The notes: generated from the letters alone by a model not told the origin. A DNA stretch of 64,000 nt from Solirubrobacterales bacterium (GCA_027315115.1 DAHUYQ010000010.1:28679-92678), one strand, 5' to 3'. Counted from the first letter of the stretch, positions 1 to 8,364 are shown. Translations and numbers: made by a program.

Positions 1-282
1 ATCGAAGAGGTGCTCGGCGAGGTCTTCGGCCTCACGGTCCGCGCCCGCAACATCGGCTCGCAGTTCGGCGCCTCGCTGAAGTCACTGGTCGGCGGTGAGC
101 TCAAGGGGATGACCAAGATGCTCGCCGAAGGCAGGGCGCACGCGCAGCGGCGGCTGGAAGAAGAGGCTGGCGCCAAGGGCGCAAACGCGGTGGTCGCATT
201 TCGGTTCGACACCTCGGAGCTCGGCGCGACCTGGACGGAGATCTGCGCCTACGGCACCGCGGTGCGGGCCAGCAAGCTCTGA
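1..282 (+). CDS. YbjQ/UPF0145 family protein, 5' end outside window
   Basis: GEVFGLTVRARNIG...GANAVVAFRFDTSELG...EICAYGTAV is typical of YbjQ; frame is open from base 1. Confidence 0.85.
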   Translation: MEEVLGEVFGLTVRARNIGSQFGASLKSLVGGELKGMTKMLAEGRAHAQRRLEEEAGAKGANAVVAFRFDTSELGATWTEICAYGTAVRASKL

Positions 283-330
283 TCGACGAGCCCCCGCCCG
301 CCGGCCCGCGCCCGCCCGCCGGCGCCCGCC

Positions 331-352
331 GCGGGGCCGACGTCGGCCCCGC
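331..352. terminator. Perfect 22-bp GC palindrome between convergent genes
   Basis: gcggggccgacgtcggccccgc lies between the stops at 282 (+) and 366 (-); no U-tract. Confidence 0.45.
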
Positions 353-365
353 CGGCCACGCCGCC

Positions 366-824
366 TCAGCGCGGCTCCAGCACGAACAGGGGGATCTCGC
401 GGCTGGTGTGCTGCCTATATTCGTCGAACCCCGAGTACTGATCGTTCATCGCCCGCCACAGCTCTCCGCGCTCGGGCTCCTGCGCCACCCGCGCTCTGAC
501 CGGCCTGCGCTCTCCGCGCACCTGCACCTCGGCGTCGGGGTTTGCGATCAGGTTCAACGACCACGCCGGGGCGCGATCGTTTCCAGCATTGGAGGCGATC
601 ACGATCATGCGCTCGCCATCCTGCATGTAGACGACGGGCGCGGTCCTGGATTCGCCCGAGCGGCGCCCGGTGGTGGTGAGCAGCAGCACCGGCGCGCGGC
701 TGACGGCGCCCATCAGCCTGCCTTTGGTGGCCCTGTAGACGGGCACGTTGACCTTGCCGATGACGCGCAAGGCGGTTCCTCCGATCGCCATCGAGAAGCG
801 CGCGTATGGCCGATCTCCGATCAC
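366..824 (-). CDS. Deazaflavin (F420)-dependent nitroreductase family protein (Ddn-like)
   Basis: LLLTTTGRRSGESRTAPV, ASNAG...PAWSLNLIANP, YQ..TSREIPLFVL motifs; start GTG 824 or ATG 791. Confidence 0.9.
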   Translation of the reverse strand: MIGDRPYARFSMAIGGTALRVIGKVNVPVYRATKGRLMGAVSRAPVLLLTTTGRRSGESRTAPVVYMQDGERMIVIASNAGNDRAPAWSLNLIANPDAEVQVRGERRPVRARVAQEPERGELWRAMNDQYSGFDEYRQHTSREIPLFVLEPR

Positions 825-921
825 GTGGCGATTATCACACGAAACGGGTGGCGTAGTTTTCCGCAGCCATAGGCGACCCGTTGCGGATGCGGGGTCGCCC
901 GCCCGCGGCGAGCATGGTGCC

Positions 922-1854
922 GTGAGCGTGATCGCAGCCGAGATGCTTTCCAAGGACTACGGGTCGGGCCATGGCGTCTTCGAACTGGACTTCGAGGTGC
1001 GGCAGGGAGAGGTGTTCGCGTTCCTGGGTCCCAACGGCGCCGGCAAGACGACCACGATCAGGCTGATGCTCGATCTGATACGTCCGACCGGAGGCAGGAT
1101 CGAGATATTCGGCCTGGACGTGCGGGCGCGCGCGGTGGAGATCCACCGCCGGCTCGGCTACGTGCCCGGCGACCTGCGGCTCTACGAGCGGATGAGCGGA
1201 GGCGAGCTGATCCGCCATTTCGCGGGTCTGCGCGCCATCGGCGACCTCGCGCCCGCAAGGGAGATCGCGCAGCGCCTGCAACTCGACCTCGACCGGCCGA
1301 TCCGAGCTCTCTCCCGCGGCAACCGCCAGAAGCTGGGGCTGCTGCAGGCGACGATGCACAGCCCCGACCTGCTGGTGCTCGACGAGCCCACGAGCGGCCT
1401 CGACCCGCTGGTCCAGCAGGTATTCCACGAGCTGGTGAGAGAGACGACGGCGCGGGGAGGCACGGTGTTCCTCTCTTCCCACGTGCTCTCCGAGGTCCAG
1501 CAGATAGCGGACAGGGTGGCGCTGGTGCGGGCCGGGCGTCTGGCGCTGGTGGAATCGGTGCAGGCGCTGCGAGAGCTCGCCTCGATGCGCGTGGAGGCAA
1601 GCTTCGCGCAGCCTCCGCCCGCCGACGCCTTCCTGCGCGTGCCTGGGGTGAGCGAGCTCGAACGCCACGGCCAGGAGGTGGTCTTCTCGCTGGCGGGGCC
1701 GGTCGATCCGCTGATAAAGGCGCTGGCAGCTCACACCGTGCTGGCGCTCGACATCCACGAGGCCGATCTCCAAGACGTCTTTCTCGACCTCTACCGTGGC
1801 GCTGTCGAGGGGGATGGAGATGATGTGAGAGAGAGCGTGGCGAATGCTCTCTAG
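922..1854 (+). CDS. ABC transporter ATP-binding protein (ABC-2 exporter)
   Basis: Walker A GPNGAGKT, LSRGNRQK signature variant, LLVLDEPTSGLDP; GTG 922 chosen as start. Confidence 0.92.
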   Translation: MSVIAAEMLSKDYGSGHGVFELDFEVRQGEVFAFLGPNGAGKTTTIRLMLDLIRPTGGRIEIFGLDVRARAVEIHRRLGYVPGDLRLYERMSGGELIRHFAGLRAIGDLAPAREIAQRLQLDLDRPIRALSRGNRQKLGLLQATMHSPDLLVLDEPTSGLDPLVQQVFHELVRETTARGGTVFLSSHVLSEVQQIADRVALVRAGRLALVESVQALRELASMRVEASFAQPPPADAFLRVPGVSELERHGQEVVFSLAGPVDPLIKALAAHTVLALDIHEADLQDVFLDLYRGAVEGDGDDVRESVANAL

Positions 1855-2647
1855 CGTGCTCGGCCGGAGCCTGCACGAGATTCGGCGCTCGTTTGGGTGG
1901 TGGGCGCTGGGGATCGTCGGATACGTCGCCCTGATCGTCGCCGTGTGGCCGACCGTGAAGGGGATACCGGCGATCGAGAAGCTGCACAACAGCTACCCGG
2001 AGGCGCTGAAGGCCTTCACCTCCTTCGGCGGCAGCTTCGAATTCGGCACGCCCGCCGGCTATCTGGGAGCCGAGCTCTTCTCTTTCATCGCGCCGCTGCT
2101 GCTGCTCGTCGCCGCGATCGGCGCCGGCGCCAGGTCGATCGCGGGGGAGGAGGAGGCGGGCACGCTGGACCTCCTGCTCGCCAACCCGATCTCACGGGTG
2201 CGCCTGGCGCTGGAGAAGCTCGGTGCCGTCGCGATCGAGATGCTCGGGCTCGGCATCGTGCTGCTCGCGGCGCTGGAGGTGAGCGCGCGCGTCGCCGGCA
2301 TGCGGATCGGCTTCGACAAGCTCGCCGCCGCGAGCGTCAGCGCCGTGCTGCTCGCGCTCGCCTTCGGCGCGATCGCGTTCCTGCTGGGGGCCTCGACGGG
2401 TCGCCGTGGACGCGCGATCGGGATCGCCTCGGCGCTGGCCGTCGCCGCCTACCTGCTCAACTCGCTCGCTTCGCTGATCAAAGAGATCGAGTCGCTGCGG
2501 CCGATCTCACCCTTCTACCACTATGCGGCCTCCGACCCGCTGCACAGCGGGCTGCAGGCCGGGCACGTGCTCGTGCTCGCCGGGATCATCCTCGTGGCCT
2601 CGGCGGCCTCGCCGCTGCTCTTCGACAGGCGCGATCTGGCGGTCTGA
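1844..2647 (+). CDS. ABC-2 type permease
   Basis: About six hydrophobic segments, IAGEEEAGTLDLLLANPISR motif; overlaps the ATPase stop. Confidence 0.88.
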   Translation: MLSSVLGRSLHEIRRSFGWWALGIVGYVALIVAVWPTVKGIPAIEKLHNSYPEALKAFTSFGGSFEFGTPAGYLGAELFSFIAPLLLLVAAIGAGARSIAGEEEAGTLDLLLANPISRVRLALEKLGAVAIEMLGLGIVLLAALEVSARVAGMRIGFDKLAAASVSAVLLALAFGAIAFLLGASTGRRGRAIGIASALAVAAYLLNSLASLIKEIESLRPISPFYHYAASDPLHSGLQAGHVLVLAGIILVASAASPLLFDRRDLAV

Positions 2648-3014
2648 GCGTTCGCCTGGAACGGTCTTCTCAGGAGCGGCCCGACCCCGACCCCATCACA
2701 GGTTCGGCGGGGAACGACCTGGTCCCACGCGCGGGTGATCGTGTCGAGCTCGCGGAGCACGGTCTGGTCCCAGCCGTAGGACCACTTCTGGTCGAGGTCG
2801 GCTCGGGATCGGTCCCACACGTAGGGGCTTGCTCGGGGCTCGATCGCGGGCAGGAATTGCCAGCCCACTCTGAGCCTGTCGAGCTCATCGGGAGGCCACG
2901 ATAGCTCACGGCACCCCGGCGCTTGGCACGCGACGAGGTGTCCAAACGATCGGTGCCGGGCAAGATTGGGGCAGCGGGCTTTTGCCCGGCCACACGCTGC
3001 CGACGCGCAAGACG

Positions 3015-3302
3015 ATGAGCAAGCAACGACCCAGAGACGCTCGCCCCGCCGGCGACGGCGCCGCCTACGGCCTGCTGCTGCTCCGCATCGGCCTGCCGGT
3101 GAGCCTCGCCGCCGCCGGCATCGTCCTGCTGCTCGTCGGGCAGGCCGCGATCGCGATCGTGCTCCTCGGCACCGCGATCATCGCCGTCCTGGTCGGCTTC
3201 TTCGCCCGCATGACCAACGAGAGCGACCTCGACCGCGAACGTGAGGAGCAGGCAAGAAGCACCTTCATGCGCACGGGCCGTTGGCCGGGGAGACGGAGAT
3301 AG
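3015..3302 (+). CDS. Small two-TM membrane protein, unknown function
   Basis: Two hydrophobic helices, then ESDLDREREEQARSTFMRTGRWP; GC3-rich codons. Confidence 0.65.
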   Translation: MSKQRPRDARPAGDGAAYGLLLLRIGLPVSLAAAGIVLLLVGQAAIAIVLLGTAIIAVLVGFFARMTNESDLDREREEQARSTFMRTGRWPGRRR

Positions 3303-3369
3303 CTCCGGCCGGTTGCGCCGGGGAACGCCCGCCGGAGGCGCTGGCCTCGTAGACTTACGGTGTCGCCCT

Positions 3370-3460
3370 GGAGGGGTGGCAGAGCGGTTGAATGCGGCGG
3401 TCTCGAAAACCGTTTCGGGGGTCTAAACCTCCGACGAGGGTTCGAATCCCTCCCCCTCCG
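3370..3460 (+). tRNA. tRNA-Ser(CGA)
   Basis: Acceptor stem GGAGGGG/CCCCTCC, anticodon arm gcggt-CT-CGA-AA-accgt, long variable arm, GGTTCGAATCC T-arm; CCA not encoded. Confidence 0.97.
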
Positions 3461-3590
3461 TTGCCGGGCTTCGTGGGCCTGGATTGTGGCTCTACGGAGC
3501 CAAAACGTGGCCCTGCGATAGGGCAGGGGCGTTCGGCTCGTTTTCAAACCAAGGCACGCTACGGCAAGCTGGTGGCTCGGCCGCTGTCCA
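3458..3590 (+). repeat. Cassette leader repeat, copy 1 (starts at tRNA 3' end)
   Basis: Similar to 4604-4735; identical 25-bp core gttcggctcgttttcaaaccaaggc at 3531-3555 and 4675-4699; both begin ccGTTGCCGGGC. Confidence 0.85.
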
Positions 3591-3770
3591 TGCGGTTGCT
3601 GCCCCAGATTTGGCTCTGGGAAGCCGGGCCGTGGCCTGCGTTGAGGCGTGCCCGTGTCGGTGCCCGCTGAGAAGCGCTGGCGGGGGCTCCAACGGGGCAC
3701 CGGCCATGCCTGGTGGCGAGCACGACGTTCACGGCCTTCAACGCCCACTTCTGCTCGGTAGACTGAAGCC

Positions 3771-4007
3771 GTGAGTACAGCGCGAGCGAGCAAGCCCAAG
3801 GACCACGATCTGGTTGTCGCTCCTGACGGGAGCATCCCTGCCGAGCAGCTTGAGAGCCTCGGCGTATCGCCTGGCACCCATCTGCGCGTGGTGGCGGCGA
3901 GCCCGCCTGGGACGCTCGCAGGCTCGCTACCGCAACTCCCGGATCTGACCTGGGAGGAGTTCGAGCAGGCGAGCGCGCTCGCGACGCATGACCTCACCGC
4001 TACGTGA
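3771..4007 (+). CDS. Antitoxin (AbrB/MazE-like, VapB type)
   Basis: 78 aa; DGSIPAEQLESLGVSPGTHLRV resembles the AbrB fold; GTGA overlap with the PIN toxin. Confidence 0.7.
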   Translation: MSTARASKPKDHDLVVAPDGSIPAEQLESLGVSPGTHLRVVAASPPGTLAGSLPQLPDLTWEEFEQASALATHDLTAT

Positions 4008-4402
4008 GGGTTCTCGCCGACTCACACGCGGTCGTCTGGTACTTGCAGGGCTCAGACCGCTTGTCCGACCGCGCTGCGCAGGCACTCACGGAGTGCGAAG
4101 AAACGGATGGCATCGTAGTCTCGGTCGCCACTCTGATCGATCTGTGGTACGTGACCCAGACGACACGCAAGCTGACTGAGGCACACCTGGCCGGGGTGCG
4201 AAGCGTGCTGCTCTCCTCGACGGCGTTCACCCTTCACCCGATCGACCTGGCCGTCGTGGACGCCACGACCTCGATCGCACGAGACCTGCTCGCCGACCCC
4301 TGGGACCGCTTCATCGTCGGGACCGCCAGTGCGCTGGCCCTGCCGCTGGTAACCAGAGATGAAGCGATCCACGACGCGCAGATCGTGCCTGTCATCTGGT
4401 GA
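4004..4402 (+). CDS. vapC: PIN-domain toxin (VapC family)
   Basis: VLADSHAVVW, SVATLIDL, DPWDRFIVGTA, LVTRD acidic PIN tetrad pattern. Confidence 0.88.
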   Translation: MRVLADSHAVVWYLQGSDRLSDRAAQALTECEETDGIVVSVATLIDLWYVTQTTRKLTEAHLAGVRSVLLSSTAFTLHPIDLAVVDATTSIARDLLADPWDRFIVGTASALALPLVTRDEAIHDAQIVPVIW

Positions 4403-4480
4403 GAAGCGATTCAACGGAGTAGATCGTTAGGTCCGGCTCGCCGCCGGTTTCTGCGCGCCGCTAAGGGATCAGCGCACACG

Positions 4481-4506
4481 GCGTAGCGCCTCTGCGTAGC
4501 GCCTCT
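4481..4506. repeat. 13-bp tandem duplication
   Basis: gcgtagcgcctct x2. Confidence 0.8.
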
Positions 4507-4536
4507 GCGGCGCGACGCCGCGCCTCCTGTCCAGCC

Positions 4537-4610
4537 GGCTCCATCAGCGCCTCCAGCACGCGCTCCAACGCGGCGGCAGGGTTTGCAACCTGTCCCGGTC
4601 TCCCCGTTGC
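4537..4610 (+). repeat. Cassette trailer repeat, copy 1
   Basis: 71/74 identical to 5324-5397; ends TGCAAC-N16-GTTGC. Confidence 0.92.
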
Positions 4611-4735
4611 CGGGCATTGTGGGTCGGTTCGCGGCTTTAGGAAGCCAAACGCTGCCTTGCGACAGCGTCTGGGTGTTCGGCTCGTTTTCAAACCAAGGCG
4701 GGGCTACGGGACGCCCGTGGCTCGGCTGCGGTCCA
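4604..4735 (+). repeat. Cassette leader repeat, copy 2
   Basis: Similar to 3458-3590, including the 25-bp identical core. Confidence 0.85.
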
Positions 4736-4768
4736 CGCGGTGGCCCAGTTTCGTAATACAATTGCTGG

Positions 4769-5005
4769 ATGGAGGTCCATCCGTCGGCGCGTAAGCACGG
4801 CATGGTCGACGAGGACATAGAGCACGCAGTGGAGCACGCAATGGCAATTGACGACCAAGACGACGACACCCGGCTCTATCTCGGGCCGAGTCGTAGCGCG
4901 GCGCTGCTCGAGATCGTCGCGATCGCACGGGAGGATGGCTCGGAGTTGGCGATCCACGCGATGCCCATGCGAGCGAAGTATCAGCGGCTGCTGCCTGGAG
5001 GCTGA
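4769..5005 (+). CDS. Putative toxin (BrnT/RelE-like small actinobacterial toxin)
   Basis: 78 aa MEVHPSARKHG...LYLGPSRSAALLEIV...AIHAMPMRAKY, upstream of an RHH gene; AT-rich gtaatacaattg operator/-10 just upstream. Confidence 0.65.
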   Translation: MEVHPSARKHGMVDEDIEHAVEHAMAIDDQDDDTRLYLGPSRSAALLEIVAIAREDGSELAIHAMPMRAKYQRLLPGG

Positions 5006-5007
5006 AG

Positions 5008-5286
5008 ATGGCTGAGAAGACCTACGGACGGACGGCAAGCGGCGCCCCGATCACCGATGACCTCGTAGACAAGCTGGCTGCCGAGGCGGAGGCCGGGTAC
5101 GACGTGCAGCAGACGCTTCGCCGGCGCGGCGGGCGTCCGCCGATCGGCTCTGCCGCTGCCAGCGTTGAGTCTGTGCGGCTCGACCCGGAGCTCAGAGACG
5201 CGCTCGCGCGCAGGGCAGAGAGCGATCACGAAACAGCTTCGTCGGTGATCCGCAAGGCGTTGCGCGAGTACCTCAAGGCCGCCTGA
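5008..5286 (+). CDS. Ribbon-helix-helix (CopG-type) antitoxin
   Basis: RRGGRPPIG...SVRLDPELRDALARRA....SSVIRKALREYL RHH pattern. Confidence 0.82.
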   Translation: MAEKTYGRTASGAPITDDLVDKLAAEAEAGYDVQQTLRRRGGRPPIGSAAASVESVRLDPELRDALARRAESDHETASSVIRKALREYLKAA

Positions 5287-5323
5287 GCGAGGCCGCGGCC
5301 TTCCGTCGCGCCTCCCCCCCACG

Positions 5324-5397
5324 GGCTCCATCAGCGCCTCCAGCACGTACTCCAACGCGGCGGCAGGGTCTGCAACCTGTCCCGGTCTCCCCGTTGC
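5324..5397 (+). repeat. Cassette trailer repeat, copy 2
   Basis: 71/74 identical to 4537-4610; CTGCAAC-N16-GTTGCAG is a perfect 7-bp inverted repeat. Confidence 0.92.
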
Positions 5398-5493
5398 AGG
5401 TGTTCGTGGGCGCGTGAGGTTTGGCGCGCTTGTCACGTCGAGAGGCGGGGCGGATACGCGCGATCCGTCTCAAGCGCTGAGGATGATGGTGTT

Positions 5494-5622
5494 GTGCCTC
5501 AGATCAGCGTCTTCTACGGCATCGTCATCACGATGTACTTCTACGATCACGAACCGCCGCATTCGAACTGGAGCCGAGCGAAGGATGGCGGAGCTCCCGA
5601 GCCGATCGAGCCGCTGCCGTAA
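5494..5622 (+). pseudogene. DUF4160 (HicA-like toxin) gene with in-frame internal deletion
   Basis: Manual translation MPQISVFYGIVITMYFYDHEPPH|SNWSRAKDGGAPEPIEPLP joins the family N-terminus directly to its C-terminus (42 aa); not in the ORF track. Confidence 0.75.
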
Positions 5623-5631
5623 AATGGGCTC

Positions 5632-5895
5632 GTGGACGTTGTGAGGATCACTTCGGTCGAGGTGCTCGGTCACTATCGGCTGCGGATCGGCTTCAGCGAT
5701 GGCATCTCCCGTGATGTCGACCTTACGGGCGAGCTGCACGGCCCCGTCTTCGAGCCGCTTGCCGACCCCGGCTTCTTCGCGCAGGTTCGCGTGGACGACG
5801 AGCTGGGAACGGTCGTATGGCCCAACGGCGCCGACCTCGACCCGCTCGTGCTGCACGGCGACTTCGAGCCGGCGTCGCGCCTCGCGCATCGCTGA
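5632..5895 (+). CDS. DUF2442 family antitoxin
   Basis: YRLRIGFSDG...VFEPLADPGFFAQV...TVVWPNGADLDP. Confidence 0.88.
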   Translation: MDVVRITSVEVLGHYRLRIGFSDGISRDVDLTGELHGPVFEPLADPGFFAQVRVDDELGTVVWPNGADLDPLVLHGDFEPASRLAHR

Positions 5896-5946
5896 ATCTC
5901 CCCGGCACGGCAGTGGCGGCGATGGCCGCGACGTATGCTGGCCCTG

Positions 5947-6393
5947 ATGTCACGCGCGATCGAGGAGCGCAACAGGCGCATGCTGCGTGCCCGCGACACG
6001 ATGGATCGCGCGTTCGCCAAGCCGCTGGACGTGGCCGCGCTCGCGCGTGTCGCGCACGCCTCGCCCGCGCACTTCAGCCGCCAGTTTCGCGCCACCTTCG
6101 GCGAGACTCCGCACCGCTACCTCCAGCGCCGCCGCGTCGAGCGCGCGATGGAGCTTCTGCGCGAAACGATGGACCCCGTCACCGAGATCTGCTTCGACGT
6201 CGGCTTCAACAGCCTTGGCACCTTCAGCCGCACGTTCCGCGAGATCGTCGGCGAATCGCCCTCGGCCTATCGGGCCGGCCGCGGCGGTGGGTGCGAGGCT
6301 GAGCAGGTGCCGGCCTGCTGGGCGATGGCGTGGACGCGGCCGGCCGGCAGGACAGCAGTTTCGGAGAAGCGCGCCGCCGGCTCGGTGGCCTAG
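5947..6393 (+). CDS. AraC-family HTH regulator (DNA-binding domain only)
   Basis: SPAHFSRQFRATFGETPHRYL, EICFDVGFNSLGTFSRTF. Confidence 0.92.
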   Translation: MSRAIEERNRRMLRARDTMDRAFAKPLDVAALARVAHASPAHFSRQFRATFGETPHRYLQRRRVERAMELLRETMDPVTEICFDVGFNSLGTFSRTFREIVGESPSAYRAGRGGGCEAEQVPACWAMAWTRPAGRTAVSEKRAAGSVA

Positions 6394-6403
6394 CGTGCCA
6401 ACC

Positions 6404-6859
6404 ATGTTCAAGCGAATAACTCACACCTTCATCCATGTGCTCGACCAGGACCAGGCGCTCGACTTCTACGTCGGCAAGCTCGGCATGGTGGTGCAAGTAG
6501 ACGCCGACCTCGGCTTCATGCGCTGGCTGACGGTCTCCCTCCCCGACCAGCCGGAGCTTCAGCTCGGCCTGATGCTGCCGGGGCCGCCGGCCTACGACGA
6601 CGCGACAGCCGAGCAGATCAGGGAGCTGGTCACCAAGGGCGCCGGCGGCGGTGGCGTGATCTTCGAGACCGACGACTGCCAGCGCACCTTCGAGCAGCTC
6701 CGCGCCGCCGGCGTCGAGTTCACGCAGGAGCCGACCAAGCGCTTCTACGGAACCGACTGCGCGCTGCGCGACCCGTTCGGCAATCCGATCCGCTTCACGC
6801 AGCCCCCGGACGGGCCGATCGTAGTGCCCTCACCCGAGGAGCTTCGCGCGCGGGGATGA
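6404..6859 (+). CDS. VOC/glyoxalase family protein
   Basis: HTFIHVLDQDQAL.FY, FETDDC, GVEFTQEP..RFYG.DCALRDPFGN. Confidence 0.9.
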   Translation: MFKRITHTFIHVLDQDQALDFYVGKLGMVVQVDADLGFMRWLTVSLPDQPELQLGLMLPGPPAYDDATAEQIRELVTKGAGGGGVIFETDDCQRTFEQLRAAGVEFTQEPTKRFYGTDCALRDPFGNPIRFTQPPDGPIVVPSPEELRARG

Positions 6860-7437
6860 GCGCCGGCGAGACGCATCCGCGCATCCTGCTCGTGACGGGA
6901 AGCACCCGCGGCGGGTCCACCAACACCGCCGCGTTGCGCTCGGTCGCCGACCCTGGCGGCCGAGCCGTCACGGAGCTCTTCGAGGGGCTCGCCGACCTGC
7001 CGGCTTTCAACCCGGACGACGACCGCGACCCGTTGCCCGCGAGCGTCGAGGCGCTGCGGTGCCAGATGGGGTCGGCTGCGGGAGTCCTGTTCTGCTCGCC
7101 AGAGTATGCCGGAGCGCTTCCGGGCAGCTTCAAGAACCTCCTCGACTGGATGGTCGGCGGAGGCGGTCTGTACGGCAAGCCGGTTGCGTGGATCAACGTC
7201 GCGGGCCCCGGCCGCGCCGCCGCCGCCGATCAATCGCTGGCGGTCGTGCTCGGGTATCTGGGAGCTGAGGTCGTAGAGGCCGCGTGCAGGCATGTCGTCG
7301 TGCCGCGCGATGCTGTGGGCGCCGATGGCCTGATCCGAGACGAGGCCCTGCGCGCCGATCTCGCCGAGGCGATGCGCGCATTCGTGGACCACATCGCGAG
7401 CGGATCGGACGCTCTCGATCCCGGGCGCTCTCCCTAG
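6856..7437 (+). CDS. NADPH-dependent FMN reductase
   Basis: GSTRGGSTN, SPEYAGALPGSFKNLLDW flavodoxin-like motifs. Confidence 0.9.
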   Translation: MSAGETHPRILLVTGSTRGGSTNTAALRSVADPGGRAVTELFEGLADLPAFNPDDDRDPLPASVEALRCQMGSAAGVLFCSPEYAGALPGSFKNLLDWMVGGGGLYGKPVAWINVAGPGRAAAADQSLAVVLGYLGAEVVEAACRHVVVPRDAVGADGLIRDEALRADLAEAMRAFVDHIASGSDALDPGRSP

Positions 7438-8234
7438 CCTCCCGCCAGCGCCCCGGCGTAGACCTGCCAGGCCAGCGCGCTCTTGGCCAGCAGGCTGAGC
7501 CAGAGGTAGGCGCGCTCGGCGAAGACAGGGTCGCGCCACGGGCCGATGCGCCGGTACTGGAGCCACATGTTGACCGCGAAGCTGCTGAAGAGGAGCAGCA
7601 GCGTGAAGAAGATCGCGAAGACGAACGCCGGGATGCGGCCGGTCTGCGCCTGGGAGACCGCGAGCTGGATGCCGATCGCGACCCAGGGCACGGCTCCCGC
7701 GACGCAGCCGAAGAGAAACGGCCGCCACTCCACGCGCTCGCGCCCGAGGTTGACCCGCTCCATCAGCAGGCCGAAGAGGATCATCGCCGCGTTGACGCCG
7801 AAGAGCGCGACCAGGGCCACCGCGGAGCTCACGCCGGCGAGCATCGCGATCAGGACGACCATCAGCGACGCGCTGATCGAGTACTCCCACCAGCGGGCCG
7901 GGTTGACGCCGCGCGCGACGTTGGCCTGATACCAGGCCCTCGCCCACGGGCTGGCCATCGCCAGGTGGTCGATCGCCGCAAGCGCGAGGAAGGCGGCGAC
8001 CGCGAGATCGATGCGCAGATCGAACAGCAGCACCGGCCCGCCGTAGCGGCCGGCGCCCGGCGGGCCGCGCATGTAGGTCAGATCGACCGGAAGCGAGACC
8101 GGCTTGGCCAGCGCCACGATCAGCAGCGCCTGCCCCAGATGGGCGAGCCCAACCAAAACATTCAGGCGCAGAAGCCGCTTGCGCGCCTGCGGCTCAAGCG
8201 GCGACGGGGCTCGCTCGGGTGCTGCCAGACCCAT
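7434..8234 (-). CDS. heR: Heliorhodopsin
   Basis: Seven TM segments; LAHLGQA and IDHL histidines, NPARWWEYSISASLM counterion Glu, AYLWLSLLAKSALAWQ retinal Lys. Confidence 0.93.
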   Translation of the reverse strand: MGLAAPERAPSPLEPQARKRLLRLNVLVGLAHLGQALLIVALAKPVSLPVDLTYMRGPPGAGRYGGPVLLFDLRIDLAVAAFLALAAIDHLAMASPWARAWYQANVARGVNPARWWEYSISASLMVVLIAMLAGVSSAVALVALFGVNAAMILFGLLMERVNLGRERVEWRPFLFGCVAGAVPWVAIGIQLAVSQAQTGRIPAFVFAIFFTLLLLFSSFAVNMWLQYRRIGPWRDPVFAERAYLWLSLLAKSALAWQVYAGALAGG

Positions 8235-8290
8235 GGATCGCATCTAAGCGGAGGCCGAGCTGGCGCGTCTCCCACTAAACTACGGGTTCT

Positions 8291-8364
<74 letters not shown>

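Noticed and set aside
2941-2954. TCCAAACGATCGGT as a member of the right-hand regulon
   Set aside because: It is 45 kb from the other sites and inside a coding-like minus-strand segment; could be chance
3241-3774. Short ORFs overlapping tRNA-Ser and its leader
   Set aside because: They overlap a clear tRNA or repeat and lack coding bias
4461-4691. Minus-strand ORFs containing AAALERVLEALMEP (also 4981-5436) as real genes
   Set aside because: They just read through the trailer repeat and no family is recognisable; they may be remnants but are unsupported
3458-5399. Repeats after tRNA-Ser as a CRISPR array
   Set aside because: Only 2-3 copies of 74-130 bp separated by about 0.6-1 kb of genes; no cas genes
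4584-5399. Canonical integron (attC/intI)
   Set aside because: The cores do not fit RYYYAAC/GTTRRRY, the 16-nt spacer is too short and there is no integrase; kept only as an analogy
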